This document shows, one piece after another, positions 60,701 to 64,000 of a DNA stretch of 64,000 bases; within the stretch, counting starts at the first letter, position 1, and every line of letters starts with the position of its first letter. A model generated the notes under the pieces. That model worked only from the letters and a program-made list of their open reading frames with translations. It was not told where the DNA came from and did no database searches. The stretch spans positions 1 through 64,000 of IMG/VR virus record IMGVR_UViG_3300042922_000542. One strand, 5' to 3'. The position numbers were made by a program, and so were the translations under genes.

Positions 60701-63700
60701 TGTTATATCAGGCCACTTAGGTGATATTGGCTTTGATACACCGTCTGCCGTTAGTTTATCATAATTTGATACATGAAATTCATCATCAATGTTATTTTGC
60801 TGATCATCCACAGCATTTAAATTTTCCCCAGCTATATCATAGCGTTCATATATTAATTTACCATCAGTCAAACTTATTTCTGCGATACCTTTATATGGAT
60901 CCATTATAAGTTTAGATACTAATAATTTTAAACAATATTCATCAGCATCCACATATATTTCTTGACCATTATGGTATCCGGCTCCAGGGTCTTGAATTGT
61001 GATAGAATTGATTTTGTATATGAAATGTTGATCTCCGGAAATATACAATGAAGAATTCTTCAGATTGTTAATTTTATTTGCGTTGATGTATAAAACATCA
61101 AGTTTTCTAGAATTTAAATGTGAATTATCTTCATGACGTTGGTAGAAGTCTGTAACCTGTTTACCACCAATAAAGACTTCATAGTTTAATTCTAGATCAT
61201 GAATGTTATCGAATTTGAATGTCATTAATTCACTATCATCGAATTTATTTGGTGCATCTACGAAATAATTATCAGGATCTATTAACAGTTCTGGAGTAAT
61301 TGATTCAGTTTTTATATCGATCTTTAATCCATCTCCAGATATTTCATTTGTAAATGTTTCGAATACGCCCCATATCTTTTCACTCAATGCATATTCTATC
61401 ATTGGCTTAACTGATGCCACGCCTTCAGCATCAATCGATATAATTTCGAAGCATAATGAATATCCTTTCATCAATACATATTTATCTGGTATGGCTATAG
61501 ATACGATTTGTCCTACTGAATAATTGTTGCCAGGGGATGCTATAGAAGCTTCATATATTCGATAATACAGATTATCATTTATATTTGTATGATCCAATGG
61601 GTCCAAAATTGATTTCAATTCAACATCTAATGTATTTATTGTTACATTTGAAATATTAATTTCATCAATGCCGGTATTAATTTCAATGATTATATTCTTT
61701 AATTCATTTATCAAATTTACACAAATTATTTTTGCTTCTGAATTACTATACGCACTTAACATCAATGAATATTTATTAAGTACAGATGATACGTATTGTG
61801 TTATAAGCCTTAATGTGCTTTCGCTGTCCCATGCTTCACCACTGTTACATGCTATTTGTATATTATCACGTACTTCCTCAGCCATTTTATCTATAAACTG
61901 AGGATCACTCCACCCTAATAAATGCCTATAGTGTTTTATTGTTTCAATTAGATGATTATATTTTTTCAATAGTAATCTAATATCAAGTTTCGAACGTGAT
62001 TCAATTAGTTGATCTCCGGCCGTTTGAACATCTGGCAATTTATCGATTGCTAAATTAATAGATTCAATAAGATTTGAAGTGATATTACTACTATATTTAG
62101 CCAATATATAATTCCATCGTTCTTGGATATCATTAATCTTTGATATTACTTTAGATAATGCGAAGTTCTCAATTGGATTTGGGTTATTGGCTGATATTAC
62201 TAAAGCATTTAATATTTCATATATAAATGAAACAGTTGGTATTATTATTCTATTTGCAACTATTGGTATATCAGTTACTGAATTTACGTTAACCGTTAAC
62301 CCCATGCCAACATCCCCATTATCACGACTCATGTATGATTCTAATCTCGATGGATCATTAAATGATAATTGATAATAATTTATATGAGGTATAAGGCTTG
62401 TAACAGTTCCGTTAGGTAGCGTTTCATTAACTTCAAATGTTCCTACATCTGGAATATTGATAATATCATTATTGTTATATGAAACTCCGCTCGACTGGAT
62501 CGACAGATCATTTATACTATACATATTCATGTATGTCGGCCATTCGTTACAAGGTATATACGCTGTGTTTGCTAAATCGATATATGATATGCATGCATTT
62601 ATTTTATCCTGTAATATTGTATCGGATGTTTCATAATTCTGAAGTATTATTTTTATTTTATTTAATAATACAACGGAATATATTTCTTGATCGTATTTAC
62701 ATTGATCTAGTATATTAACGATATCGGTCGGTAAATTATTATCAAATGTATTTTTTAATGAATTTTCTAGTGTGAGAATATTAAATGTCAATGGAGGTCT
62801 CTTAACAATTCGATTTGTCATGTCCGAATCATCCAATATTTTTGTCATATAGTCAAAATATGATGGTATCCATTGATTATATAGGTATATTTCGAAATTT
62901 GATATTTTATCGTAACCATTCCATTTTAGTTTAATAATCTCTTTCATTTTATTCACTACATCATCAAATGGAAATCCAAAATCGTCACTTTTTAAATATG
63001 TCTCAAGACCCAATTTATAATATGGCTCCATTGTGTTAGTAAACAATTCATTGAATCTAACATATGATGGATTATCTGCAACGTATTCCATCATCTCCCA
63101 TTTACTACCAGTCAATAGCAATCCTTTATATATGGAATTCAATGCCATCCAATAGAAGCGTTCCATAAACACATTGTGATAAGCCCCTCTCATTTCTTCA
63201 TATCTATATAATACATCATCATATGAAGGGGTTAAGGGCATAATATCATTCGAGAGTTCTCTTGGATTAATCGTATCACTATAAAAAAAGAATGCCTTGT
63301 ATACACCATTTGGATTTATAGTTTCATTACTTAAGGGCTTGACAAAGTATACATCTGGAAAATGTTGGATAATTTCTCTTGCTTTTGGCCTCCATACCTG
63401 ATCTACGGTATCGTATTCGAAACACCAAAAGTTATTTACATCAACTGGGCGTTGAAAACGTACCTTTCCTTTATATTCATCAGGGTCACACCATAGGTAT
63501 TTCCTAGTAATAGATCTTATTATGTTGGCTATATAGAATTTTTCAGTTAAGCTAACACATTTTTGAATTATCGTATTGCATGTTGGATAAAAATCATATG
63601 GTATATATATTTCATTCCACCCAGCAGCTCGTATCATTTCTATTTCTTTAATAAATACATCCCATGCATCTTCCGTAACTTTATCACGTGGAGATAGACG

Positions 63701-64000
63701 TTTATCCAAAAATATACCTTGAGTATTATATAAATTTTCTCCATGATTTTTTAATAACTCAATCCATTGATTCCAATTTTCAGCATTCTTTAAATTGTCA
63801 TTTTTTATATAATGTTTGAAATTGCTTACTGTATTTGAAAATATCCCTATCGTAGATTTAAATGTATCTATTTCATCTCGAATAACATCATAGGGTTCAA
63901 TATGATTGGTATATGCATCAGATAATACTATAGGTCTTATTATATTCATCCATCCATCATAATTTTTTTGAGTACTAGGATTTTCATCGATGTATATCTG
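57782..64000 (-). CDS. Very large virion structural protein, 5' end beyond the window
   Basis: More than 2070 aa; frame stays open upstream of ATG 63949 to the edge (QIYIDENPSTQKNYDGW-M); repeated I..PG.GY..G motifs. Confidence 0.75.
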   Translation of the reverse strand, partial: QIYIDENPSTQKNYDGWMNIIRPIVLSDAYTNHIEPYDVIRDEIDTFKSTIGIFSNTVSNFKHYIKNDNLKNAENWNQWIELLKNHGENLYNTQGIFLDKRLSPRDKVTEDAWDVFIKEIEMIRAAGWNEIYIPYDFYPTCNTIIQKCVSLTEKFYIANIIRSITRKYLWCDPDEYKGKVRFQRPVDVNNFWCFEYDTVDQVWRPKAREIIQHFPDVYFVKPLSNETINPNGVYKAFFFYSDTINPRELSNDIMPLTPSYDDVLYRYEEMRGAYHNVFMERFYWMALNSIYKGLLLTGSKWEMMEYVADNPSYVRFNELFTNTMEPYYKLGLETYLKSDDFGFPFDDVVNKMKEIIKLKWNGYDKISNFEIYLYNQWIPSYFDYMTKILDDSDMTNRIVKRPPLTFNILTLENSLKNTFDNNLPTDIVNILDQCKYDQEIYSVVLLNKIKIILQNYETSDTILQDKINACISYIDLANTAYIPCNEWPTYMNMYSINDLSIQSSGVSYNNNDIINIPDVGTFEVNETLPNGTVTSLIPHINYYQLSFNDPSRLESYMSRDNGDVGMGLTVNVNSVTDIPIVANRIIIPTVSFIYEILNALVISANNPNPIENFALSKVISKINDIQERWNYILAKYSSNITSNLIESINLAIDKLPDVQTAGDQLIESRSKLDIRLLLKKYNHLIETIKHYRHLLGWSDPQFIDKMAEEVRDNIQIACNSGEAWDSESTLRLITQYVSSVLNKYSLMLSAYSNSEAKIICVNLINELKNIIIEINTGIDEINISNVTINTLDVELKSILDPLDHTNINDNLYYRIYEASIASPGNNYSVGQIVSIAIPDKYVLMKGYSLCFEIISIDAEGVASVKPMIEYALSEKIWGVFETFTNEISGDGLKIDIKTESITPELLIDPDNYFVDAPNKFDDSELMTFKFDNIHDLELNYEVFIGGKQVTDFYQRHEDNSHLNSRKLDVLYINANKINNLKNSSLYISGDQHFIYKINSITIQDPGAGYHNGQEIYVDADEYCLKLLVSKLIMDPYKGIAEISLTDGKLIYERYDIAGENLNAVDDQQNNIDDEFHVSNYDKLTADGVSKPISPKWPDITFIEHRHDNLPMDDRNDTFMYPSIPMLDPLPDPACDDGDPEHHFYQGNRIDNSITGDINDKWNGIQNVEEVTHPFIDDTKRIPPNQPVKGEYQFISQVLMCNSENSVVTDYNFETFAERPVNKSQLPNVIIGKTVGINVDETRDLHRCIYKITGINGLGELIYDDGIISDETWRWFDVFWMDSDYKPGYPNIRQQYPDAPWMTVRSYDMIKRNINTRKWKPTYVPHYENNSTYIHNIGPNDISVFNWTTKEWEDLNDQSRWELESIFDDDDNDLGFTLTFLKDDEYFKYDMKLYLNKTADTQKRNNSLLRNAKLDIFTSIIDEINILPARVNINTGRSIRIRKLFPYTQTKNYTISEHTKEDGMLFKLADYMHYRNEIHLEDIILFNNNTNSFENVMDSSRFDVWFRNISYKEKNTEVILDENTAVIDDVGNTINIDDVQVINQDSTAIPIVGSDEIRIVADPIDVIYEGTETYTKITSHIVTYPGDGYTTGSAWAYNKDHNIQIFGDIKSDMSSHVLSFTPRHIPEIPDAGNYEFIIYQSEYIGTHTAAKMYVEFRTFEIESIDDGWIKNITDAMAVPPKGEFKIIPKYNIPEPTNYTITIDKTPHRWRFMGNDWEMTPTYKIPNYQAPQDRFYMLLNNIRMPIVNCSTEKPTLDTNLTETGTDVTFLNLYRRNEQVEIRTLPYPVRSVYVQRNIPKHGYINLEGKINKPLNKTYFEFWVNGKLLDDEVTIISPTKIFLHGLTSLKNLEILEINRSQDEYFSDEFLEVIDSEDSLRPYPVWNYSTYLDDALKGTLPDDNYAIDEQEKLLTPVWRQVGRDHPDYKDYPENVDTDRDILLRLYTSEDLPLPDIVNTPFQYMVLNAPTLEGIPLTGRSMVWSQFKWKPIDYITIVNLLNDEWKEEINNDPYLQSHVIIDKNEWYGMSVRLYDEYGILTHNLNEALYKVYDPNIISINSTKNTINIIKNEININLD

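Noticed and set aside
1-64000. tRNA, rRNA, CRISPR array, transposase or stop-codon recoding
   Set aside because: No such patterns recognised; genes are full length in the standard code, with TAA, TAG and TGA all used as stops

Overview
This very AT-rich 64-kb window looks like part of a jumbo bacteriophage genome of the phiKZ/AR9 style. It encodes a multisubunit RNA polymerase beta-prime subunit, very large virion/baseplate proteins, two tail fibres, a RecA-like recombinase with an intein, helicases, a 5'-3' exonuclease, ThyA, DHFR, dUTPase, HD hydrolases and a holin. RBS strength and the holin and cell-wall protein types suggest a Firmicutes (Clostridia-like) host. The outstanding element is a roughly 10-kb locus (11244-21224) next to a tail-fibre gene. 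It holds four radical SAM enzymes, three Cys-repeat proteins of two different periodicities (CxxxC arrays of 421 and 545 aa; a CxCxCDx heptad tail) and small accessory proteins, arranged as two hairpin-bounded cassettes. I read it as a phage-encoded RiPP-like system that may cross-link large, probably virion-associated proteins rather than short secreted peptides. Other points of note are an apparently unsplit beta-prime gene, a class 3 (Ala1, WCT) intein with a decayed homing endonuclease, an intact but catalytically dead RecD/Dda-like helicase, a candidate TATATATTAT promoter motif and many intergenic hairpins. I found no tRNA, rRNA or CRISPR array. All family assignments come from motif recognition by eye, not database searches.
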